Positions 26,019 through 35,455 of a DNA stretch of 64,000 bases are shown here, in pieces (positions within the stretch are counted from its first letter, which is position 1; each line of letters begins with the position of its first letter). Below the pieces are notes generated by a model, which was not told the DNA's origin, ran no database searches, and worked only from the letters and a program-made list of their open reading frames with translations. The stretch is taken from the NCBI GenBank assembly GCA_002327305.1, contig DCUZ01000073.1, positions 2,623 through 66,622 on the forward strand. Direction: 5' to 3'. This DNA is from Holophagales bacterium UBA2201. Lineage in GTDB: Bacteria > Acidobacteriota > Thermoanaerobaculia > UBA2201. The position numbers were made by a program, and so were the translations under genes.

Positions 26019-26219
26019 ATGGCAAATGGTAAAGTGAAGTGGTTCAACGACGCAAAGGGCTACGGTTTCATTACCGGCGACGACGGCACCGACGTCTTCG
26101 TGCACTACAGCTCGATCCAGGGCCAGGGCTTCAGGTCCCTCTCCGAGGGACAGGCCGTCACCTACGACGTGGAGAACGGCCCCAAGGGGCCTCAGGCCAC
26201 CAACGTCCGCAAGCTGTAA
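26019..26219 (+). CDS. cspA: cold-shock protein, CspA family
   Basis: [14 protein letters not shown] (RNP1) and DVFVHYS (RNP2). AAAGGAG RBS. Confidence 0.9.
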   Translation: MANGKVKWFNDAKGYGFITGDDGTDVFVHYSSIQGQGFRSLSEGQAVTYDVENGPKGPQATNVRKL

Positions 26220-26240
26220 CCCCCGACCACGACAGCCCAA

Positions 26241-26270
26241 AACCCCTCCCTTCGGGAGGGGTTTTTTGTT
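26241..26270 (+). terminator. rho-independent terminator AACCCCTCCC-TTCG-GGAGGGGTT plus TTTTTGTT
   Basis: Canonical GC stem, tetraloop and U-tract. Confidence 0.85.
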
Positions 26271-26334
26271 GTAATTTTCCTCCATTTGTGGCAGAATTCA
26301 CACGCGCCAAACCAACGAAAAGGAGGTTGTCAGA

Positions 26335-27456
26335 ATGGCCAAGTATAAAATCGCCCTGATGCCCGGTGACGGCGTCGGCAACGACGTCATGGAGGCGGCC
26401 CGGATCGTCCTGGACAAGATGGGCCTGGACGCCGTGTACAGCCATGTGGACATCGGCTGGGAGTTCTGGTGCAAGGAGGGCAACCCCCTGCCCGACCGGT
26501 CGATCGAGGCCCTGAAGAAAACGGATGCCTGCCTATTCGGCGCCATCACCTCCAAGCCCAAGGAGGAGGCCGAGCTGGAGCTGGTTCCCGAGCTGAAAGG
26601 GAAGGGACTGGTCTACTTTTCCCCCATCGTCCGCCTGCGGCAGGAGTTCAACCTGCGCACCAATCTCCGCCCCTGCAAGGCCTTCAAGGGGAACCCCCTC
26701 AACTACAAGGAGGGGATCGACATGGTGGTGTTCCGCGAGAACACCGAGGGGCTCTATGTCGGCATGGAGTACCACCCCGTTCCGCAGAAGGTGTGGGATG
26801 TGATGGTCGAGACCCTGCCCAAGCAGACGAAGCGGTTCGCGGAGATGCCCCTCAAGGACGCCGCCATCTCCATGCGCTATATGACCCGCCCGGGATGCCG
26901 GAACATCGTCACCGACGCCTTCGAGTTCGCCAAGAAACACAACCGCAAGAGCGTGACACTGGTGGAGAAGCCCAATGTCCTGCGCGAAACCGGGGGCCTG
27001 ATGACCCGCACGGCCCGCGAGGTGGCCAAAGGGTATCCCAGGATCCCCTTCTATGAGGCCAACATCGACGCCATGTGCATGTGGCTCCTCAAGAACCCCT
27101 TCGATTACGACGTTCTGGTGTGCGAGAACATGTTCGGCGACATCATCTCCGACCTCTGCGCCCAATTGGTCGGCGGCCTGGGGTTCGCCGCCAGCGGCAA
27201 CATCGGGGACCAGTACGCCGTCTTCGAGCCCACCCACGGCTCGGCCCCCAAGTACGCCGGCAAGTACAAGGTCAACCCCATGGCCATGATGTTGACGGTG
27301 AAACTGATGCTGGACTGGCTGGGGGAGTCGGCCGCTGCCGACGCCCTGGAAAACGCCATCGCCGGGGTCATCGCCGAGGGACAGGTGCGCACCTACGACA
27401 TGGGCGGGTCCTCCACCACGCTCGATGTCGGGAAGGCGGTGGCGGCGCGGCTGTAA
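26335..27456 (+). CDS. isocitrate / isopropylmalate dehydrogenase family protein
   Basis: MPGDGVGNDV, NLRP, GDIISD...GGLGFAASGNIG. The substrate cannot be assigned from sequence alone. Confidence 0.85.
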   Translation: MAKYKIALMPGDGVGNDVMEAARIVLDKMGLDAVYSHVDIGWEFWCKEGNPLPDRSIEALKKTDACLFGAITSKPKEEAELELVPELKGKGLVYFSPIVRLRQEFNLRTNLRPCKAFKGNPLNYKEGIDMVVFRENTEGLYVGMEYHPVPQKVWDVMVETLPKQTKRFAEMPLKDAAISMRYMTRPGCRNIVTDAFEFAKKHNRKSVTLVEKPNVLRETGGLMTRTAREVAKGYPRIPFYEANIDAMCMWLLKNPFDYDVLVCENMFGDIISDLCAQLVGGLGFAASGNIGDQYAVFEPTHGSAPKYAGKYKVNPMAMMLTVKLMLDWLGESAAADALENAIAGVIAEGQVRTYDMGGSSTTLDVGKAVAARL

Positions 27457-27524
27457 CTGCGGAAGCCGGAAGCTGGGTGGGGGTGGGAGCGTCCCCTTTT
27501 CGCCGCCGGACGGCAGACAAGCAT

Positions 27525-27558
27525 CCGGGGAGGCCTTGGGCCTCCCCGGATTTGTGTT
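27525..27558 (+). terminator. rho-independent terminator CCGGGGAGGCC-TTG-GGCCTCCCCGG plus ATTTGTGTT between convergent genes
   Basis: 11-bp perfect stem with a T-rich tail. Confidence 0.7.
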
Positions 27559-27571
27559 CAGGCCGGCAGAA

Positions 27572-28225
27572 CTATTTCAAGGTGATCGTCGCCTCGGCCG
27601 TCCCCGGGTAGGGAAAGGCGTCGTTGCAGAGGTCCACCACCCCGGTGACGCGGACCTTCTGGCCCGGCTTCAATTCCAGCGCCTCCATCGGCAGGCGCAG
27701 GCGCATGCGGCGGGAGTCCGGCGGTTTCACCCAGTCCGCGCTTTTGAACGCCCCGTCCACCTCCAGTTCCCACGCCGGATAGACCCCCTCGGGAAGCTCG
27801 GCGTAGTCGTCCCCCTTCTCCACCATCGCCTCCAGCATGGGGCCGTCGATCCATCCGCCCTGGTCGCCGCGGGCGAGGGAGGTGGAGATCTCGTCGGCCC
27901 GCAAGCACCACTCCGCCCCGTTCATCCCCGGATCGAACTGGGGGTCCCCCTCGAGTCCGGTCTTGGGATTGGCGTCGGCGTCGAGATAGATCTTGACGCC
28001 CGCGCTGTAGTTCTTGACGCCGTCCTTGCCGAACCCTCCGAGGTATTCCCGGATGGGCTTCGGATAGGCGACGACGGCGACGAGGTCGGTCCCTTCCGCC
28101 TCCACCGTGAAGGCCACGGCGCCCATCTTCTTGCACTTCACCGTGAGCGTGGGCTCCCCGGCGGCCGCACCGGCGGCGATCAGGAAAGCAACGATGACCA
28201 TCACCAGGATCCATTGAGTTCTCAT
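27572..28225 (-). CDS. secreted hypothetical protein
   Basis: Signal peptide MRTQWILVMVIVAFLIAAGAAAG. The start was trimmed to 28223-28225. It lies last in a minus-strand run of three secreted-protein genes. Confidence 0.55.
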   Translation of the reverse strand: MRTQWILVMVIVAFLIAAGAAAGEPTLTVKCKKMGAVAFTVEAEGTDLVAVVAYPKPIREYLGGFGKDGVKNYSAGVKIYLDADANPKTGLEGDPQFDPGMNGAEWCLRADEISTSLARGDQGGWIDGPMLEAMVEKGDDYAELPEGVYPAWELEVDGAFKSADWVKPPDSRRMRLRLPMEALELKPGQKVRVTGVVDLCNDAFPYPGTAEATITLK

Positions 28226-28293
28226 GGGACCTCCTTTCATCCTTCGACTGGTTCTAATGTAGCACAACCGCACGCCCGCAGACGGGCGCGGTC

Positions 28294-31200
28294 TCACCGG
28301 GTGCGCTGATCGACGCGGCGAACGGCGAGTCCGGAAGGGTCGTCGATGGAGTCCAGATAAAGGACCTCGCCCGTGGCAGAATCGAAGATCCAAGCCCCTT
28401 CCGTCGCGCCGTTGCCCGCCACTTTGGGCACCGCCGTCCAGACGCGGGGACGGCCCACCCCGGCGGGCAGATGGTCGTAGAGGTTCTTCCGGACGGGCTG
28501 CACCTTCGCCTTGCGCGGCTGGAGTGCCCCCTTCAGAACCGCCATCGCTCCCGTGCCCGTGTCCAGGATGAGGACATCCTGGGTGGCCCCGCTCCCGTTG
28601 AAGAGAGGGACGGGGACGAAGCGCCGGGGGGTCTTGACGGCGGCCTGGTGAGGGAAGTGATCGAAAAGGTTGATCGGGTACCGGGTAACGGTCAACTGAT
28701 CGGGTCGGCGCTCCACCCCGCCGACATGGTAGAGGACGCCGGCGGCGTTGTCGGCCAGGAGAAAGGCCTCCGTGGCCTCGTTCCCCGCCTGAAGGTCCAG
28801 GGCGGAGACCGTCCCCTCCATGCGCGGAAGGGAGGTCACGGATGAGGCGGCGGGCGTTGAAGGGAGATTCCCCATCTTCGGAAAGTACAGGGCCCTCCCC
28901 GTGGCGGCGTGGTAGAGATAGGCCCCCTGGGTCTCTCCCGACGAGGCCCTCTGCATCAGGAGGGCGAAGTTGCCGTCGGGAGCGGCCAGGGCGGCAGCCA
29001 AGTTCCCCGCAATCTTCCGCACGGTCCCCCGGTAGGACTGGCTCTTCAGATCGGCGTAGTAGGCCATGGCCCCGGTGGTCGAATCCACGAGGAGGAGGGC
29101 CGTGACATTCCCGCTGCCGTCCCGGATCTCCCCCGCGAGAACCTGGCCCGGCCCGGCCGGGGTTCCCGGCGTTCGGTCCAGGGCCGCGAAAATGTTCTGG
29201 TTCATGGTGCGGGTCCTCACGGAGAGGGGATCGCGCTTGACCCGGTCGATGAAGAAGGCATTCCCCGTGTCCAGGTTGATGAAAAAGATCCCCTTGGTGG
29301 AGTCGTCGTTGTCGTACTTGGGGAGGGCGAGGATGGGACATACCAGGGAGGGGGAGGCGGCGGATTCGATATCCGTCGGTGAGGCGGCTGCTGCCGCCCC
29401 GGGCTGGAAGTCCCCCGTGATTGTGAGGTCCAAGGTCCCGGTGTTGTCGTGGAATAAATCGTCGTTGAATCCGAAATGGAGCCAGCCGTCGGCGGGAGCC
29501 GTGAAGGTGACGCCGGTCACCCCCGCGTCGAACACCGTCCCGTTGAACTGGCCGAGAAGGCGCATCAGGGGAAGGCCCTGGATCGGCATGCACGGCTTGT
29601 TCATCGGATAGGAGCCCTGGCCGGCGGGGCCCACCTTAGGGAAGGCGCCGCCTGCCTGGACGGCGCCTTCGGCCCGGAGGGCCACCATCTGGCCCGCGCG
29701 GAGAAAAACCGTCTGGACGGGGGGCGTTCCGTTGCGGCTGCACATGTCCTTCAGAGGCATGGCCGTGGCGGGGATGGTGAAGGCGGTTCCCGGAGAGGCC
29801 GGCACCATCACCCACCCTTCCGCAACTTCCTCCGGCCTGGCCGTGGGGGCAGTGGCCGATGACGGGGGAGGGGGGGAGGGGACCGCAGCGGAAGGTGGCG
29901 TCTCCCCGGCGGCGGGCGCAGCCGCCGAGGCCCTGCATTGGCGGTCCAGCTCCCCCCGGGCCTCCTCATACGACGCGAAGGTGCCGTAGACGACATCGCC
30001 CGGCCGAATGCCCTCCACGCCGACGACGACAAGGCATCCCCCGGGGGCCGGACGGTTCAGGGCGATGAACTGCTGAGGAGGTGGGGGTGGTTGGGACGGG
30101 GGGACGGGAGCGGCGGTTGGGCGGCCGGCCGGTACGGGGGATGGGGGTTCGAACGCCGGGACGGCCGCGGCGGGGGCGGCAAAGAGCGCCGGATCATCAA
30201 ACAATGGCTCGGGTGCGGGAAGGTCAAAGAGGGACCGGGCTGGGGAGGAGGCCGGATCGAACGGGGTCTCCATCACGCCGGAGGCGAGCACCGTCGCGGC
30301 CTTCCCCGCGGTGAAGACGGTCTCGGATCGCGCTGTCTTGGCCCGGACGCGTCCCTCCAGGACCTGGACCTTCACGCTTCCCCCTTCCCGGACCTCCACC
30401 GTCCAGAGCGTCCCCTCGGAGGTGAAGGAGCCGGCCGGGGTGACCACCGTGATCCTACCGCTCACCCCCATCAGGCCCTGCAGGACCTGGACCTCGGTGG
30501 GGGAATTGAACCGGAAGGCGGTGCCCTCGGGAACGGAAAGCTGGACCAGTTCCCCCCGTTCCGTGTCCGCCATCATAACGAGGAAGGAATTTTTCACGAC
30601 CTGGATCTCTTCCCCGGGCAGGAGTGCGTGGAGCGTCGCCGTTCCCGCCGCGGTGACGGCGCGACCGTTGACGGTGAAGACGCCCCCCGCGGCGGTGCGG
30701 GGCATGATGGAGATCTCGGGCTGGTCCGTGCAGGGGACGATGTTGAACCGGCGGGCCGTTTCCAACACCGCGCCCGAAGCGGGACTGCCGTGCTTCTCCT
30801 TCAGGACGATCCACTCGCGCATCGTTCGGGCGGGGACCCACTGCGCGAACCAGGCGTCGTCCTTTTTCGCGAGCATCACCCGGAGATAATCCCCGAAGAC
30901 GAGGGGCGCGCCGAAGGCGATCCCGGACCCGTAGAGGGATTTGAGAAAGGTCGTCTGGATCCCCTCGATCCGGCACCCCCCCGAATGGGCCAGGGTCCGG
31001 GCCCTTTCGTCGGTGTCGAAGTCGGTGAGATAGCCGCGGTCGTAATAGACCGATTCCTTGAACTCCGGATGGCGGGTCTTCAGGAAATGGAACATCAGGA
31101 ACGCGAAGAAATCGGCGGTAGCCTCGTTGAAGGAGGCGACCCTTTGGGCCAGGTCCGAGGTGTTCTCCGGAGGTTTCCATGTGGTGTGTTTCGATCCCAT

Positions 31201-32406
31201 TCCCTTGAGCAGGTTGTAAAAGAGCTTCAGTTTGGCCGCCTCCACCAGGCGGGTGTGGATGAAATGCCCCATCTCGTGGAAGAGGATGGCGTAGGCCGGG
31301 TCGGCGTCGTGGAGGGGGGAGGCGACCAGGTAGGGGTTGGCGTCCCAATAGTCCCTCCGGGTCCCGGGGATCTGGATCCGCTCGGGGGGATCGAACTCCG
31401 TCATCGAGTAGTTGGGGACCGTGCCGGTGTACCCCTCGGCGAATCGCAGGCGGTCCAGGTCCCCCAGAAGGCCGCCGCGGGCCGCCGGAGTGAGGGGCAT
31501 GGCTTCGATGAACTCCCGGACATAGCCCTTGACGCGCGCCTCGTGTTCGAGGGGGGTGAGCAGGTCCACCTTGCCCATCTCCAGGACCGTCCCCGCCTTC
31601 AGTTCCCCTTTGAGGGGGATGTCGAGGCGGCCCCGCGCACCCTCGGCCCAGTAAAGATGGAAAACGTCCCGGATCTTCGGATACTCCCCCGAAGCGGGGA
31701 TTCGGGCCAGGACAAAGAACTCCCCCTCCGGGACGGTCCGGCGCTCGCCGGAGGCGAGGTTCGACCCGAGGATGTGGGCCGTGGGGGGCATGAGCCGGGG
31801 CGGCGATTCGTTGTACCGGGACTCCATGTCCGGTCCCACGGTGACGCCGCGAATGAGGGCCAGGCCCAGGGGAAAGGCATCGGATCGCGATCGAACCGGA
31901 GGACTGGCGGTGCTCTCGTCCAGGGAGGCTTCCAGGACCACGGCCAGCGGCACGGCGTCCAGGAAGGCGGCGTCGTCCTCTATCGGCTTGCGGATCGTCA
32001 GTGTGGTCGTGAAGGTTCCCGAGGCGTCCAGCCGGAAGGTGCGGTCCGCCAGCGAGACGAATGGGGCCCGGTGGCCGTCCACGATCGCCAGCGTTCCCGT
32101 CGCCCCCGCCAGGGGGCGCCCCGCCGCGTCCCCGCCGCGGACCATGATGGCGGCCCGGCCCGGCACCGGGATGAATCCCGCTTCACCGCAGGTGATCGTG
32201 AGGGCGGCCGGGTCGGCCTCCCCGAGGGCGAGGACTCCCTCCGCCGTCTCGAAACCGTCGTCGGCGGCGCGCACCCGTACGGAGGCCTCCGACGGCGCCT
32301 GGGCCAGGGCGGCGGCGGGAAAGCCGGCCGGAACAAAGAGAACGACGATAATAAGCCCGGCCAACGCGTTGGCGTTGGATCGGATGTGGCAGGATCCGGC
32401 GGTCAT
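28294..32406 (-). CDS. giant (~1370 aa) secreted protein with HExxH motif (putative zinc metallopeptidase)
   Basis: Signal peptide LAGLIIVVLFVPAGFPAAALAQA. FHEMGHFIH. The start is uncertain, and the most plausible ATG overlaps the upstream gene end by 27 nt. Confidence 0.65.
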   Translation of the reverse strand: MTAGSCHIRSNANALAGLIIVVLFVPAGFPAAALAQAPSEASVRVRAADDGFETAEGVLALGEADPAALTITCGEAGFIPVPGRAAIMVRGGDAAGRPLAGATGTLAIVDGHRAPFVSLADRTFRLDASGTFTTTLTIRKPIEDDAAFLDAVPLAVVLEASLDESTASPPVRSRSDAFPLGLALIRGVTVGPDMESRYNESPPRLMPPTAHILGSNLASGERRTVPEGEFFVLARIPASGEYPKIRDVFHLYWAEGARGRLDIPLKGELKAGTVLEMGKVDLLTPLEHEARVKGYVREFIEAMPLTPAARGGLLGDLDRLRFAEGYTGTVPNYSMTEFDPPERIQIPGTRRDYWDANPYLVASPLHDADPAYAILFHEMGHFIHTRLVEAAKLKLFYNLLKGMGSKHTTWKPPENTSDLAQRVASFNEATADFFAFLMFHFLKTRHPEFKESVYYDRGYLTDFDTDERARTLAHSGGCRIEGIQTTFLKSLYGSGIAFGAPLVFGDYLRVMLAKKDDAWFAQWVPARTMREWIVLKEKHGSPASGAVLETARRFNIVPCTDQPEISIMPRTAAGGVFTVNGRAVTAAGTATLHALLPGEEIQVVKNSFLVMMADTERGELVQLSVPEGTAFRFNSPTEVQVLQGLMGVSGRITVVTPAGSFTSEGTLWTVEVREGGSVKVQVLEGRVRAKTARSETVFTAGKAATVLASGVMETPFDPASSPARSLFDLPAPEPLFDDPALFAAPAAAVPAFEPPSPVPAGRPTAAPVPPSQPPPPPQQFIALNRPAPGGCLVVVGVEGIRPGDVVYGTFASYEEARGELDRQCRASAAAPAAGETPPSAAVPSPPPPSSATAPTARPEEVAEGWVMVPASPGTAFTIPATAMPLKDMCSRNGTPPVQTVFLRAGQMVALRAEGAVQAGGAFPKVGPAGQGSYPMNKPCMPIQGLPLMRLLGQFNGTVFDAGVTGVTFTAPADGWLHFGFNDDLFHDNTGTLDLTITGDFQPGAAAAASPTDIESAASPSLVCPILALPKYDNDDSTKGIFFINLDTGNAFFIDRVKRDPLSVRTRTMNQNIFAALDRTPGTPAGPGQVLAGEIRDGSGNVTALLLVDSTTGAMAYYADLKSQSYRGTVRKIAGNLAAALAAPDGNFALLMQRASSGETQGAYLYHAATGRALYFPKMGNLPSTPAASSVTSLPRMEGTVSALDLQAGNEATEAFLLADNAAGVLYHVGGVERRPDQLTVTRYPINLFDHFPHQAAVKTPRRFVPVPLFNGSGATQDVLILDTGTGAMAVLKGALQPRKAKVQPVRKNLYDHLPAGVGRPRVWTAVPKVAGNGATEGAWIFDSATGEVLYLDSIDDPSGLAVRRVDQRTR

Positions 32407-32431
32407 GCAGTCCCTCCTTCGGCCCTTTCCC

Positions 32432-35290
32432 TCATCGAAGCCACGGGTAGGTGCTCCGCAATCGTTCAACGAGGGGAAGGAGTTCGCCCTTCTCGGCGGC
32501 CCAGTAGGCTTCCACGTCCTTCAGCGCCTTCCTGCAGGGTTCGATCCTCGAAAACTCCTCCCGCATCCACTCGATCTGCCCCCGGAGCTTCGCTTCGTCG
32601 GAGAAGGTGCACTTGCCCGGATTGGCACGGCAGGTCTTGTTGGCGGATTCGACCCTATGCGGTTGGATGGGAAAGCTGCCCTTGTCAAAGAGGCCGCGAA
32701 GTCCGTTCATGTACTCCCCCACGGAGAACATGCAGTTGAGGTTCAGGGCATGCAGCTGCTGGGAAGCATCCCTAATCCGGGATATTCCGGCCCGGTCCGA
32801 ATCCTGGATCGTGTTGCCCGGTTCAAAGCGTTTTTCGATGTATGTGGCGAGTGTTCTGAAAAGTGCATCCGCCTCATCCTCAATTTTTATCCTCCGTCCC
32901 TCCAGGGTGACCATGGCCTCCTCTTTCGGCGCATATTCCGCTGCAGCCGCTGCGAGCTGATCCTTGCACTGGGGGCAGAACTCCTCGAAGTGGGACCTGT
33001 CGGAGGAGAGACTACCCACCCAAGCGGGGAGAGCACGAAGAAGCGTATGGTAGTAGGTCTCGATGGCGCTGGTAGAGACGGGGGCCGAGCCGTAGTCCGG
33101 AACCTCCTCTTTTTTCCTTAACGCACATTTGACCTCCATCATCCCTTTTGCGCGGGCGTCGGCCAGAGTGGGGTCATCTCCCAGTCCCACGGGGACCGCG
33201 GTGAGGAGGAGTGCCCTCGTGTCCTTCTTGAAGGGCAGCGTCGCCGACACCGGTCCGGACGATCCGGTGACGGATCCGTGAAAGACATGCGGCTGGGGGA
33301 TGTAGGCCTGCGATCCGAATTTCTCCATCGAAAAGACGGGCACCTGGAAGGGCAGCGTCGCGCCGTCCCCCGGCGTGAAGGTGACGGTGCAGTCCACCGT
33401 CGCCGCACCGTCCGGGTCGCGCTCGGCCGGAGTGACCTTGAATATCCGGGCCTCCCCGGGGGGCATCGACAGGGGGGGAAGATCCATCGGCCAGGGATTG
33501 GAGACGCCTGCCGTCGATACGGACAGATCCTGGGGATTACCCATGAGAAAGGGTATCTTGCGGTTCAACCGCGGATCGATTGCCTTCCCTCCATCGAGGA
33601 GAAAGGCGAAGGAAAAGGCCTTCCACGCCTCGGAGAGCGAGACGGGGTCACCCCCCTCCTTCGGCATCTGCCTTCCCCGCCGGGCGACGGCCCGTCTCAC
33701 CGCCATATAGGCCGAACGGGCGGCATTATTCTCGACCTGCCTCTGGCACTCGCCCAGGATGTCGGCCATGATCTCCTTCCCGTAGCGGCGGGTCAGAAAG
33801 TTGAAAAAGAGGCCGGTGCTGTAGCCATCCGAAGGATTCGAGAGGCGCTGAAGCCCCGCGGGGTAGAGTTCCTGGTTCAGGATGGGGTCGTTGTTGCCGG
33901 GGATGAAGGCGGGGTCGTCCACGAAGGAGATTTCCGCGGCGGTGGAGAGGGCTTCGTTGAGCCAGCCGTAGTGATTCCCGCCGCCGGCGAGCGTCCATGA
34001 CGACAGGTTCCCCTGGTACAGGGGCTGAACGTGATGAAAGAGTTCATGAACGAGACTGGCCCCCAGGCGTCGACGGTCGTATTCCGGAATATTGGACGGC
34101 AGGTTCAAGTCGATCCACTTTCCCCCGGTCTTGCCCTGCCAGTAAAAGCCATAGATCACCTCATGGGATTGGATCCCCACATAATAGACGTCCAGTTTGG
34201 AGGGCACGGGAGGATAACGGAGGCCGAGGCCGTCCGTGAGAAAGGTCCTGGCCTTTTCCAGTTCGGAAAGGGTGACGGCGACCGTCTCCCCGGGGATGAG
34301 ATTCTTTTTGTAGTGGAGGACGAAATGGTCGCTTTCTTCCTTGTCCAACAGGCACCGGCTGGCCTCGTCCCAGACCAGATAGGTGACGCCGGCGGCCAGG
34401 GTCACGAGACCCCAGACCACGAAAGAGTGATGATGGAGGGTGGCTTCCCAGGTGTCGGTCCCCGGGTCATAGTCCGCCCCGTGAAGGCGCCATCGTCCCT
34501 CCGTGGTTCCGGCGCTGACGCTGTGCCCCTCCTCGAAAAAGGCCAGGGCGACCCGCGCGCGGTCCTGCGGCGGAACGGCCGTGCCTTTGGGCAGGGTGAC
34601 CCGGACCGCCCCGGCGGTCGAACCCTCGCGACGGGGGGTGATCGATACGACCGGGGAGAGTGCATCGAGGGGAACCTCGGGAGGGGCGTCTTCAACCACG
34701 ACCTTGGCCTCCACCTCGGACCCTTCGGGGACGAACACCTCCACCCAATCGACGCCGGTCTTCTTCCACTCCATGCCGGGGGCGGGTCGCGGGGGCGGGA
34801 GGGGTTCCTCCGGGATCGGGGAGGGCTTCGGGGCGGGGGGAGGGGCTCCCCGCTCCGGGGCCGGGAAGGATCCGCACTTTTCATAGAGAAGGATCTCCGC
34901 CATCAAGCGGGAGAGATTCCCTTCCAGAATCGTATCGCCCCGTTGCAGTCCTTCCTTCCCCCGGACGAGCCGGCACTCGTTTTTCCGGTTGACGGCGAAC
35001 CACTCCCCCCTCTCCTCAACCGGCACCGGGCACTCCCGTCTCAGGACCGCCAACCCCTCCAGGATGGGATAGGGGCCTCCGTAGACATGGTCGCCCGACT
35101 GGAACTCCGCCACATTCCTGACGAGAAGGCACCGCGCCTCGGAGGCGCGGTAGGCGGCGTAGTAGCCCGAAGGGCTTTCCCCGAGGGAGGATGACGGCGG
35201 AAAGAATGTTAGAAAGGCCAGAAACAGCGTCACTGGAGAGGCGGGAAAACCAAACCGCACGGGAACGGGGGGCCTCGCGGCGATCCTCAT
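32432..35290 (-). CDS. giant (952 aa) secreted protein with HExxH motif (putative zinc metallopeptidase)
   Basis: Hydrophobic N-terminus and VHELFHHVQ. Same strand as, and immediately upstream of, the other HExxH giant. Confidence 0.65.
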   Translation of the reverse strand: MRIAARPPVPVRFGFPASPVTLFLAFLTFFPPSSSLGESPSGYYAAYRASEARCLLVRNVAEFQSGDHVYGGPYPILEGLAVLRRECPVPVEERGEWFAVNRKNECRLVRGKEGLQRGDTILEGNLSRLMAEILLYEKCGSFPAPERGAPPPAPKPSPIPEEPLPPPRPAPGMEWKKTGVDWVEVFVPEGSEVEAKVVVEDAPPEVPLDALSPVVSITPRREGSTAGAVRVTLPKGTAVPPQDRARVALAFFEEGHSVSAGTTEGRWRLHGADYDPGTDTWEATLHHHSFVVWGLVTLAAGVTYLVWDEASRCLLDKEESDHFVLHYKKNLIPGETVAVTLSELEKARTFLTDGLGLRYPPVPSKLDVYYVGIQSHEVIYGFYWQGKTGGKWIDLNLPSNIPEYDRRRLGASLVHELFHHVQPLYQGNLSSWTLAGGGNHYGWLNEALSTAAEISFVDDPAFIPGNNDPILNQELYPAGLQRLSNPSDGYSTGLFFNFLTRRYGKEIMADILGECQRQVENNAARSAYMAVRRAVARRGRQMPKEGGDPVSLSEAWKAFSFAFLLDGGKAIDPRLNRKIPFLMGNPQDLSVSTAGVSNPWPMDLPPLSMPPGEARIFKVTPAERDPDGAATVDCTVTFTPGDGATLPFQVPVFSMEKFGSQAYIPQPHVFHGSVTGSSGPVSATLPFKKDTRALLLTAVPVGLGDDPTLADARAKGMMEVKCALRKKEEVPDYGSAPVSTSAIETYYHTLLRALPAWVGSLSSDRSHFEEFCPQCKDQLAAAAAEYAPKEEAMVTLEGRRIKIEDEADALFRTLATYIEKRFEPGNTIQDSDRAGISRIRDASQQLHALNLNCMFSVGEYMNGLRGLFDKGSFPIQPHRVESANKTCRANPGKCTFSDEAKLRGQIEWMREEFSRIEPCRKALKDVEAYWAAEKGELLPLVERLRSTYPWLR

Positions 35291-35455
35291 GGGGTCAGTT
35301 TACCGACCGGGTTGGAAGATGTCAATGATGTAAAGAATCCCGTCCGCCCGCGGCAGCGAGGCGTCCAAGGTTATGATCTCCTGGCGAAAAACCCGGCCAA
35401 GCGCTCGTTCGGCGGGTTCTCTCCCCTTTTGTCCCGGGGATTGCTCGACCGCGGC

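Noticed and set aside
29938-32739. 933-aa plus-strand ORF antisense to the giant HExxH gene, and similar antisense giants elsewhere
   Set aside because: The similar cases are 35312..38188, 38137..40227, 46802..49378, 53678..55087, 55161..56333 and 59939..62845 (-). All are Gly/Arg/Asp/Glu-rich low-complexity translations opposite genes with strong domain evidence. The last one is opposite the hand-translated gingipain-like gene.
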